Origin: a virus
Taxonomy: Duplodnaviria > Heunggongvirae > Uroviricota > Caudoviricetes
Strand: one strand, 5' to 3'
IMG/VR virus record: IMGVR_UViG_2751185961_000001
Span: 1-5,139 of that record
Length of the DNA: 5,139 nt
The position numbers and the translations under genes are program-made. The first letter of the stretch is position 1; each line of letters opens with the position of its first letter. Positions 1 to 5,139 of this stretch are shown one piece after another. The notes beneath the pieces were generated by a model that had not been told where the DNA came from, ran no database searches, and saw only the letters and a list, made by a program, of their open reading frames with translations.

Positions 1-77
1 TCCACTTTGCAAGCGCCGCCACAAAATACCCAGCCAACAGACAACAAAAAAATCACTCCCCAGCATTAACGCATTAA

Positions 78-103
78 CCCGGCCTCAGCGCCGGGTTTTT
101 GTT
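78..103 (+). terminator. Rho-independent terminator, probably closing an upstream + strand (immunity-region) transcript
   Basis: Stem CCCGGC (78-83) pairs with GCCGGG (90-95) around a 6-nt loop, followed by TTTTTGTTG (96-104). The reverse complement has no U-tract, so it is + strand specific. Stop codons in two frames (67-69, 72-74) sit just upstream, consistent with the 3' end of a gene that starts before the window. Confidence 0.6.
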
Positions 104-312
104 GCCTGCACATAACTATCAGGACAGCACCTGCCAGCCAGCCCAAGCCTCTGATTAAATTACTATAATTCTTAATACAACTCCCATATCCCGCCATCTC
201 GTCACCACCTACTTCGCTCGTTTTTCGAACTTTTCAGCACACCATCCTGCTGTTTCCCCCGCCTTAAGTAAGCAAACCCATCGCGGGGAAAACTATTTAC
301 ACAAAAAAATCA

Positions 313-390
313 TACACATAACGTGTCACACCCTTATTTTACACATTTTGTGATTGACCATTAAATCACAATATGTGACTATTATTTCCA
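313..390 (+). promoter_or_regulatory. Putative pL-like early promoter with overlapping operator palindromes
   Basis: Candidate -35 TTGACC (355-360) and -10 TATTAT (380-385), with a rather long 19-bp spacer. A 24-bp palindrome TTGTGATT-N8-AATCACAA (348-371) overlaps the -35. A second near-palindrome TCACA-ATA-TGTGA (366-378) and a related site GTGTCACA (323-330) share the half-site TGTGAY/RTCACA. About 190 nt upstream of the N-like gene start. Confidence 0.4.
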
Positions 391-428
391 TCAGCAGGAC
401 GCTGGTAGCCAAACGGAAAAGATTGGCA

Positions 429-476
429 GGCTCTTTAAACAACGTCGAACACTCGACTACGTGGCTGAAAAGCCAG
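429..476 (+). promoter_or_regulatory. Putative nutL-like site (boxA plus candidate boxB hairpins) in the N leader
   Basis: GGCTCTTTAAACAA (429-442) resembles the boxA consensus CGCTCTTTA / rrn TGCTCTTTAACAA. Two short hairpins follow: GTCGA-ACAC-TCGAC (444-457), and TGGCT-GAAA-AGCCA (462-475), which has a purine-rich loop like lambda boxB. Position between promoter and N gene is as expected for nutL. Confidence 0.4.
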
Positions 477-573
477 ATCACCCAACCACATAAGCTGTGG
501 GATGCAATGCCGAAGCAACCGTCTCAGGAGGAGCTTCGAGATTGCATCGCCAAAGTTTATTCGGGAGGAATCT

Positions 574-846
574 ATGTCCAGAAAAACAGAATTTAAAGGC
601 ACCGCAGCTTCTCGCCGTAGAGCTCGTCGCGCAAACCTGCAAAGTCAGGAGTCGATTAGCTCCGACAAGCTACACAGGCCAACCCCTTCACGAGTGGTCT
701 TGCAATGCAAGCGCAAACCAGCAATGAGAGCAGAAGTTATAACTCTGACAACGTTGACCAGAAAATATGAAGGTTCAACTTGTCTTCCAAACGTAGCCAT
801 TTACGCTGCAGGCTACCGTAAATCCAAACAACTGACAGCAAGATGA
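574..846 (+). CDS. N: Transcription antitermination protein N (phage 21 / P22-type)
   Basis: 90-aa basic protein; ATG at 574 preceded by GGGAGG (563-568) with 5-nt spacing. N-terminal arginine-rich motif KGTAASRRRARRANL closely resembles the phage 21 N boxB-binding peptide GTAKSRYKARRAEL and the lambda/P22 N ARMs (recalled from literature). The C-terminus AIYAAGYRKSKQLTAR resembles recalled N-family C-termini. Sits just downstream of the operator/promoter and boxA-like element. The in-frame upstream ATG at 502 lacks a good RBS. Confidence 0.7.
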   Translation: MSRKTEFKGTAASRRRARRANLQSQESISSDKLHRPTPSRVVLQCKRKPAMRAEVITLTTLTRKYEGSTCLPNVAIYAAGYRKSKQLTAR

Positions 847-907
847 CTTGTGTTGGTCGCCAGAAAATGAAATTAGGCAGCAAACCACTTATTTGAGAGG
901 AATTAAT

Positions 908-1531
908 ATGTCATCAATCCGCTTAACTACGAGAATGAAAGAGGAAATCGCTCGTAACGCTTTAATTAAGTCCGGGGTGTTCACTGAACTTGAAGAAGTA
1001 ACAAAGTTAAAGAACCAGCTTGCACTTGACGCCAGAGTTATTGCGTTTGGCGGGAAAAAGAAAACCGAAGGAGTGGACCAGCTGGCATCAAAGTTAATGG
1101 CTGCAAGTGAGGAACTTCAAAAGCTGGGATGTTCATTTTACTCATGCGATGTCAGTTCATGTTCGATTTATCTGACTGTATCTGGAAGAAGGGTTGGCTG
1201 GCATTCATACGGAAAAGACGGCAACGGTGAAGATATATTGCTCCCTACCCCCGACAAAGATAAATGCATGTTTGACGCAGAACACAAAATAACAAAAAGG
1301 TTTGATGAAATCTGCGCATTGCAACAAAAACTTGAAGCCAGGAAAAAGGATATAGAATCAAACGTATGGGCTGCTTTGAACTCAGTCACAACAGTTAAGC
1401 GACTTATTGAAGTTTGGCCTGAAAGCAAAGAGTTGCTACCAAAAGAAGCAGATAAAGCAAGTGCAGCACTTCCTGCTTTACGGGTAGAAGATTTGAATAA
1501 GATGATTGGACTTCCTTCCGAGGCCGCATAA
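908..1531 (+). CDS. Hypothetical protein (207 aa) in the variable cargo slot between N and cIII; cysteine cluster C-x4-C-x4-C
   Basis: ATG at 908 with RBS GAGAGGA (895-901) at 7-nt spacing. The ORF is long and clean, and visibly more AT-rich than its neighbours. Contains GCSFYSCDVSSCSIY (Cys 75/80/85) plus His99, Cys120, His126, flanked by charged helical-looking segments. I recognise no family. Its own intrinsic terminator overlaps the stop codon. Confidence 0.6.
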   Translation: MSSIRLTTRMKEEIARNALIKSGVFTELEEVTKLKNQLALDARVIAFGGKKKTEGVDQLASKLMAASEELQKLGCSFYSCDVSSCSIYLTVSGRRVGWHSYGKDGNGEDILLPTPDKDKCMFDAEHKITKRFDEICALQQKLEARKKDIESNVWAALNSVTTVKRLIEVWPESKELLPKEADKASAALPALRVEDLNKMIGLPSEAA

Positions 1532-1546
1532 TCGGCCTTTATTTTT
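1521..1546 (+). terminator. Rho-independent terminator (tL1-like) at the end of the 207-aa gene
   Basis: Stem AGGCCG (1521-1526) pairs with CGGCCT (1533-1538); the 6-nt loop CATAAT contains the TAA stop codon (1529-1531); followed by TTTATTTTT (1538-1546). + strand specific. Confidence 0.6.
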
Positions 1547-1575
1547 GGCATAAACAACAGAATAAACACTGCACT

Positions 1576-1603
1576 GTGTATTCATTCCAACGAGTGAATA
1601 CAC
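1576..1603 (+). promoter_or_regulatory. Perfect 9-bp inverted repeat (operator-like site or RNA hairpin) in the intergenic region before cIII
   Basis: GTGTATTCA (1576-1584) and TGAATACAC (1595-1603) are exact reverse complements around a 10-nt spacer. No U-tract follows, so it is not a classical terminator. GGAG lies immediately downstream. Confidence 0.35.
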
Positions 1604-1665
1604 GGAGCAATGTCGCTCGTAACCAAACAGGAGCCGACTTGTTCTGATTATTGGAAATCTTCTTT

Positions 1666-1690
1666 GCCCTCCAGTGTGAGGGCCTTTTTA
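1666..1690 (+). terminator. Rho-independent terminator-like hairpin (tL2-like) upstream of cIII
   Basis: Stem GCCCTC (1666-1671) pairs with GAGGGC (1678-1683) around loop CAGTGT, followed by CTTTTTA (1684-1690). A weaker hairpin AACGC / GCGTT (1704-1723) followed by a T-rich run lies just after it. Confidence 0.5.
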
Positions 1691-1751
1691 TATGCATACC
1701 AATAACGCTTCACTCGAGGCGTTTTCGTTATGTATAAATAAGGAGCACACC

Positions 1752-1877
1752 ATGCAATATGCCATTGCAGGGTGGCCTGTTGCTGGCTGCCCTTCCGAAT
1801 CTTTACTTGAACGAATCACCCGTAAATTACGTGACGGATGGAAAAGAGTTGAGGTCTTATTATGCGCAATGAAATAG
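1752..1877 (+). CDS. cIII: cIII protein (FtsH inhibitor) with a short, divergent C-terminus
   Basis: 41 aa, MQYAIAGWPVAGCPSESLLERITRKLRDGWKRVEVLLCAMK. The first ~31 residues match my recollection of lambda cIII (MQYAIAGWPVAGCPSESLLERITRKLRAGWKR...) almost exactly, including the amphipathic ESLLERITRKLR core. RBS AGGAG (1741-1745) is 6 nt upstream of the ATG. Below the 60-aa cutoff of the ORF track; the listed ORF 1692..1877 is an N-terminally extended version of the same frame. Confidence 0.65.
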   Translation: MQYAIAGWPVAGCPSESLLERITRKLRDGWKRVEVLLCAMK

Positions 1878-2014
1878 CCATCAATCACCAGATGCTTCGT
1901 GCTGCACAAAACAAAGCAGTAATAGCCAGATTTATTGGTGATTCAAAAATGTGGCTTGAAGCAAATAAAGCGATGAAATCAGCTATCAACCTTCCGTGGT
2001 ATCGCAGGAAATGA
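1862..2014 (+). CDS. kil: Kil-like host cell-division inhibitor peptide (50 aa)
   Basis: ATG at 1862 overlaps the cIII 3' end by 16 nt, as kil overlaps cIII in lambda. Translation: MRNEIAINHQMLRAAQNKAVIARFIGDSKMWLEANKAMKSAINLPWYRRK. The segment IARFIGDSKMWLEA resembles my uncertain recollection of lambda Kil (…IATFIGDEKMFREA…). Size and position fit. Not in the ORF track (under 60 aa). Confidence 0.45.
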   Translation: MRNEIAINHQMLRAAQNKAVIARFIGDSKMWLEANKAMKSAINLPWYRRK

Positions 2015-2118
2015 GTTTTACAGATAACTGGTCAGACGAAGAATTCATTCGTCAGATGAACAAAATGCTCAATCAGCACAAAGAACAGGAGAAAGATGAT
2101 GATTCTGACTCTGAATGA
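2011..2118 (+). CDS. Small hypothetical protein (35 aa), acidic C-terminus
   Basis: ATG at 2011 overlaps the stop of the Kil-like ORF (ATGA), and its 3' end overlaps the next gene by 23 nt. Translation: MSFTDNWSDEEFIRQMNKMLNQHKEQEKDDDSDSE. No independent SD sequence; could be a coupled gene or spurious. Confidence 0.3.
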   Translation: MSFTDNWSDEEFIRQMNKMLNQHKEQEKDDDSDSE

Positions 2119-2407
2119 TAAGCGTGAAATATCGCAAATAATCGCAAGTTTTACTGATAAAGATTACGAACGAATCAACAGTGAAGTTGATCGCCTCTGC
2201 AAACGTTGCGACCCAATAAGCGAAATGCTTCGCTCATATAAACCAGATGAACACACTAAGGACGCTATCGACTGGCTGGAAGATGATGACTGTAACTATC
2301 AGGAAAAAGCCGCTGAATGGTTCTGGGATGCAATAACCGAAAGAGTTAAGGCTGAATATGCCTTCGCAATATTCAAACGCAGACATATTTATGGAGAAGC
2401 AGCATGA
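2096..2407 (+). CDS. Hypothetical acidic protein (103 aa), translationally coupled to recT
   Basis: ATG at 2096 with RBS AGGAG (2087-2091) at 4-nt spacing. Its stop TGA overlaps the recT start (ATGA at 2404-2407). Asp/Glu/Trp-rich (…DWLEDDDCNYQEKAAEWFWDAITERVKAEYAFAIFKRR…). Occupies the position where Gam or Abc-type RecBCD modulators sit in lambda and P22, but I see no similarity to lambda Gam. Confidence 0.6.
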   Translation: MMILTLNDKREISQIIASFTDKDYERINSEVDRLCKRCDPISEMLRSYKPDEHTKDAIDWLEDDDCNYQEKAAEWFWDAITERVKAEYAFAIFKRRHIYGEAA

Positions 2408-3315
2408 GCAATATCGTTGAATTCGTTAAACAGCAAGAGCAGTTATTCTGCGGAGCATTGACTGAACAGACGGTGACATGGGCTAAGGAAAGCCAGTTTG
2501 CAATTCAGTATTTCCAGAAAAACGATTACCTGGCTAAAACAGCACTGGCAAATCCAACCAGCGCACAGAACGCCATCATCAATGTTGCGGCGATCGGAAT
2601 CACCTTAAACCCGGCCAGCAAACTTGCTTATCTAGTTCCGCGCGACGGCATTGTTTGCCTTGATATCAGCTATATGGGATTGCTCCATATTGCAATGGAG
2701 TCTGGTGTTATCTCATGGGGTCAGGCAAAACTTGTTCATGCTAACGATACCTATGAGTCAAACGGGCTTGATAAATCACCAACCCATAAATACAACGCCT
2801 TCGGTGATCGTGGTGATATCGTTGGCGTTTACTGCACAGTTAAGACGCCAGCAGGTGATTATCTAACGGAAGAGATGAGTCTGGCTGAAATTGAGGCTGT
2901 AAGGAAAACAAGCAAGGCAGCATTCAGCGATAAAGGACCATGGGTAAATCACTGGAATGAGATGGCACGAAAGACGGTCGTAAAGCGTGCAAGCAAGTAT
3001 TGGCCTAAGGCATCACGTCTTGATAGTGCTATTCACGTACTAAACGAAGAAGAAGGTGTATGGACTGAACCAGTTATGCCGCACAAATCAGAGGAAGATA
3101 TCCGCGAAGATGAACGGAAACGCCAGCAGGAAATAATGGATAAAGCACAACTTCTTTGCGATGAAATGGCTCAGGCAGAAAACATGGATGATTTGAAGCG
3201 ATATTTTGCAGAAGCATATCGCCTGACATCTGGAATGAAATTGCAGCAGAACGTACAAGCCATTTACATAGAATGCAAAGCGAAACTGGAGGTTGCCAGT
3301 GAGCAAACTGTATGA
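2404..3315 (+). CDS. recT: RecT-family single-strand annealing recombinase
   Basis: 303 aa; RBS GGAG 9 nt upstream. The segment GPWVNHWNEMARKTVVKRASKYWP closely matches the E. coli Rac RecT segment GPWVTHWEEMAKKTAIRRLFKYLP (recalled), and the N-terminal half has the RecT-like layout. Confidence 0.85.
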   Translation: MSNIVEFVKQQEQLFCGALTEQTVTWAKESQFAIQYFQKNDYLAKTALANPTSAQNAIINVAAIGITLNPASKLAYLVPRDGIVCLDISYMGLLHIAMESGVISWGQAKLVHANDTYESNGLDKSPTHKYNAFGDRGDIVGVYCTVKTPAGDYLTEEMSLAEIEAVRKTSKAAFSDKGPWVNHWNEMARKTVVKRASKYWPKASRLDSAIHVLNEEEGVWTEPVMPHKSEEDIREDERKRQQEIMDKAQLLCDEMAQAENMDDLKRYFAEAYRLTSGMKLQQNVQAIYIECKAKLEVASEQTV

Positions 3316-3781
3316 AATAGCCAATGAATACGCAAAGCTGATGGATTCAGATTTAGAGCCAGAGATGATTGCTGACACAATAGAAGGCATGGAAGGAGAA
3401 TTTACCGATAAAATAGAGCAACTTCTTGCCATTATTAAAAATGAATCTGGTTATGCTGAACGCCTCAAGGACGAGGCAAAGTCACTGAATGAACGAGCAG
3501 CAGTAATTCAAAATAAGATTGATAGCATTATGGCATATATAGCGTCATCGCTTGAAATGGTTGGCAAGAAAAAGATTCGAGCAGGTATTCACCAGGTAAC
3601 AATCCGCAAACCGTCAGAAACTGTAGAAATCATCGACTCAAGCGCCATTCCTCCTGAATACGTTGAGTTTGAAACGACAATTAAAGCCGACAAGTTGGCA
3701 ATCAAGCACCAACTAAAAGCAGGAATAAATATCCCAGGTGCTCAAATCAAGGTTGGGAAACCTTCACTTCTTATCAAATAA
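3299..3781 (+). CDS. Siphovirus Gp157-family protein
   Basis: The frame is open from 3293 (TTG); the best start is GTG at 3299, with GGAGG (3288-3292) 6 nt upstream. It overlaps the recT 3' end by 17 nt. Landmarks (N-terminal KLYEIANEY, central GKKKIRAG, C-terminal IPPEYVEF) match my recollection of the Sipho_Gp157 family, which typically sits next to RecT/Erf/Sak recombinases. Confidence 0.65.
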   Translation: MSKLYEIANEYAKLMDSDLEPEMIADTIEGMEGEFTDKIEQLLAIIKNESGYAERLKDEAKSLNERAAVIQNKIDSIMAYIASSLEMVGKKKIRAGIHQVTIRKPSETVEIIDSSAIPPEYVEFETTIKADKLAIKHQLKAGINIPGAQIKVGKPSLLIK

Positions 3782-3792
3782 CGGTATCGCCT

Positions 3793-4107
3793 ATGAAAAA
3801 GACTCCATGGGAGAAATGGGAAGTCGATTTCTTGCGCGAAGTAGCGGCGACAATGCCAGTTGAAGTTATCGCTGAAAAACTGGAAAGGACTGAAAAAGCA
3901 GTAATGGCGAAAGCAACAAGGATTGGCGCTGACATTGTTAGCCGACTTCGTGGAAGACGATGGACAAGAGCCGAAGTATCACTTTTCGGTAAGTTCTCCG
4001 CAGAAGAAATAGCAATTGCAACCTGCCGCTCAATTTATTCAGTAAGAGCTATGCGATACAAGCTAAAAAAACTCGATGAAGAAAGAGCAGGCATACGAAT
4101 AAATTAA
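3793..4107 (+). CDS. Hypothetical protein (104 aa) with two tandem helix-turn-helix-like repeats
   Basis: Internal duplication: WEKWEVDFLREVAATMPVEVIAEKLERTEKAVMAKATRIG versus RRWTRAEVSLFGKFSAEEIAIATCRSIYSVRAMRYKLKKL. Both follow the pattern W-x2-E-x2-L…E(V/I)IA…R(T/S)…AV, reminiscent of SANT/Myb-type helix-turn-helix repeats. Weak SD. Confidence 0.55.
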   Translation: MKKTPWEKWEVDFLREVAATMPVEVIAEKLERTEKAVMAKATRIGADIVSRLRGRRWTRAEVSLFGKFSAEEIAIATCRSIYSVRAMRYKLKKLDEERAGIRIN

Positions 4108-4123
4108 CATGGGGTAATTAACA

Positions 4124-4405
4124 ATGAAGCTAAACATCGACCTCGGAAAATACGTTATTACCGGAACCAAACACGACCTGATTCTTAGCGAAAGAGGAAT
4201 TATCAAAGAAGGCGAGAATGCAGGGAAAGAAACACTAAGTCGTATCGGTTATTACAGCAAGTTTGAGCATCTGGTTAAAGAGTTATGCAACCGTGAAATC
4301 CTGTTATCTCAGGCGCAGACGCTACAGGATATTCAGCAGCATATCGAAACTTTAGGTATGTCACTTAGCATGGCTATTGACCAGTTCGTTGAGAGTAAAT
4401 CATGA
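4124..4405 (+). CDS. Hypothetical protein (93 aa)
   Basis: ATG at 4124 with GGGG 9 nt upstream; clean ORF. Its stop overlaps the next start (ATGA at 4402-4405). No family recognised. Confidence 0.5.
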   Translation: MKLNIDLGKYVITGTKHDLILSERGIIKEGENAGKETLSRIGYYSKFEHLVKELCNREILLSQAQTLQDIQQHIETLGMSLSMAIDQFVESKS

Positions 4406-4566
4406 GAGGACTTGCATACAATCCCGGCATTCTTCCGGCAGAAATGATTATTCGCCAACGCGTAAAGCCAATGCCATCGAGAGAGGAATTGCTTAAGAGA
4501 AATTCTTTTCCATCAGTAAATCAAAACAAATATCTGAATGCGATGTTGCGGAGTGGGAAGAAATGA
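4402..4566 (+). CDS. Small hypothetical protein (54 aa), translationally coupled on both sides
   Basis: ATG at 4402 overlaps the upstream stop; its TGA at 4564-4566 overlaps the ATG of the next gene at 4563-4565. Translation: [54 protein letters not shown]. Not in the ORF track (under 60 aa). Confidence 0.4.
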   Translation: MRGLAYNPGILPAEMIIRQRVKPMPSREELLKRNSFPSVNQNKYLNAMLRSGKK

Positions 4567-5048
4567 AACAAATGTCACTAATTGAGATGGATGGATTTCT
4601 GAAAGGTAAATGCATCCCCCGAGATTTAAAGGTTAACGAAACAAACGCTGAATATCTTGTCCGTAAGTTCGGTGAACTTGAATCAAAACTAGAAACGGCG
4701 TTGCGGGAGTGTCGTTCTTCTGGAATCACGATTGATAACCTTGAGGCCAAGTGCGCGGCGCTGGCAGCGGAGAGTGCGGGGATGAAGAAGTTCTGCAAAG
4801 ACGCTGCATTCGATGCCGATTACGAAGCAGAGCTAGGTATGGAGCGTGGTGGATTCAGTGATGCGCTTAACGAAATCAAAACCCCAGCCACCGATGCTTT
4901 CCTGGCTGAAATTGAACGCAAAGCAATCCGCAAGTTTATTAACAGCATTGAACACATCCTGCGTGACAAGCTGTCACCGTATGACACCGAAGAGATGCTT
5001 GAGGCTATGCGTATTTTTCTGGAAGAACAGGGAGTTGAGCAAAAATGA
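4563..5048 (+). CDS. Hypothetical protein (161 aa), predicted helical / coiled-coil
   Basis: ATG at 4563 with GGAG 9 nt upstream. Charged, Ala/Glu/Leu-rich sequence. Its stop overlaps the next start (ATGA at 5045-5048). Possibly an early-region Ea-type accessory protein, but that is a guess from position only. Confidence 0.55.
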   Translation: MKQMSLIEMDGFLKGKCIPRDLKVNETNAEYLVRKFGELESKLETALRECRSSGITIDNLEAKCAALAAESAGMKKFCKDAAFDADYEAELGMERGGFSDALNEIKTPATDAFLAEIERKAIRKFINSIEHILRDKLSPYDTEEMLEAMRIFLEEQGVEQK

Positions 5049-5139
5049 CGATCACAAAACAACGAGTAGAAAAAATCATATATCGCCATGAAATGGGACT
5101 GAACAGCGATGTCACTGCCGAAGAGGTTTATGACCTGGC
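5045..5139 (+). CDS. Hypothetical protein, 5' fragment (continues past the window end)
   Basis: ATG at 5045 overlaps the upstream stop. The frame stays open to the window edge ([31 protein letters not shown]…). Confidence 0.4.
   Translation, partial: MTITKQRVEKIIYRHEMGLNSDVTAEEVYDL

Noticed and set aside
348-379. TGTGA / TCACA half-sites as CRP binding sites
   Set aside because: Half-site spacing is 12 nt or 3 nt rather than the 6 nt of the CRP consensus. More consistent with phage repressor operators.
354-727. ORF-track entries 354..596 (TTG start) and 497..727 in the N leader, and the ATG at 502 as an N start
   Set aside because: They overlap the predicted promoter, boxA and hairpins, and lack convincing RBSs. 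The ATG at 574 has a strong GGGAGG SD, and the ARM motif begins just after it. A tiny leader peptide cannot be excluded.
1000-1210. R-x4-H (RRVGWH) in the 207-aa protein as a HEPN nuclease motif
   Set aside because: A single short motif without the surrounding helical context is not enough. Left as something for structure prediction to test, not a call.
1168-1569. Minus-strand ORF (133 aa) antisense to the 207-aa gene
   Set aside because: Entirely antisense to a better-supported + strand gene, low-complexity Ser/Ala/Leu-rich translation, no RBS context. Probably a shadow ORF.
1610-1705. 31-codon ORF starting at ATG 1610 in the cIII upstream region
   Set aside because: GGAG sits only 2 nt from the ATG, and the ORF runs through the terminator hairpin. 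More likely non-coding structured RNA.
1688-1909. Minus-strand ORF (73 aa) antisense to cIII and the Kil-like gene
   Set aside because: Overlaps the cIII gene on the opposite strand, and its translation has no recognisable features.
2651-2866. Alternate-frame + strand ORF (71 aa) inside recT
   Set aside because: Lies within the well-supported recT reading frame; hydrophobic translation consistent with an out-of-frame artefact.
1869-3323. 12-bp exact repeat ATGAAATAGCCA at 1869-1880 and 3312-3323
   Set aside because: A single 12-mer coincidence is expected by chance in a 5-kb AT-leaning window, and there is no flanking similarity.
3088-3432. Minus-strand ORF (114 aa) antisense to the recT / Gp157 junction
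   Set aside because: Antisense to two well-supported genes; hydrophobic low-complexity translation typical of shadow ORFs.
4493-5089. Minus-strand ORFs (101 aa and 89 aa) antisense to the 161-aa gene
   Set aside because: Antisense to a coupled + strand gene chain; Ser-rich low-complexity translations.
4846-5091. Alternate-frame + strand ORF (81 aa) inside the 161-aa gene
   Set aside because: Embedded in another frame of a better-supported gene, with no RBS.
1-5139. tRNA, CRISPR array, IS element or att site
   Set aside because: No T-loop-like GTTCGAATC motif, no spaced direct-repeat array, no terminal inverted repeats with a transposase, and no integrase in the window. A quick scan for Chi (GCTGGTGG) on both strands found none.

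Overview
The window reads as the early-left (pL) operon of a lambdoid prophage, with every convincing gene on the + strand. In order: a rho-independent terminator at 78-103, probably closing an upstream immunity-region transcript; a G-poor, ATG-free spacer; a promoter/operator cluster around 313-390; a nutL-like boxA/boxB region; an N-family antiterminator (574-846); an unrecognised 207-aa cargo gene (908-1531) with its own intrinsic terminator; a hairpin-rich intergenic stretch; cIII (1752-1877) overlapping a Kil-like peptide; two small unknown ORFs; recT (2404-3315); a Siphovirus Gp157-family gene; and a chain of translationally coupled unknown ORFs running off the window end. No tRNA, rRNA, CRISPR array, IS element or att site was seen. 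The strongest candidates for undescribed biology are the 207-aa cysteine-cluster protein in the variable slot between N and cIII, the 103-aa acidic protein coupled upstream of recT, and the unknown module at 3793-5139. All similarity statements come from reading the translations and recalling family sequences, not from database searches.
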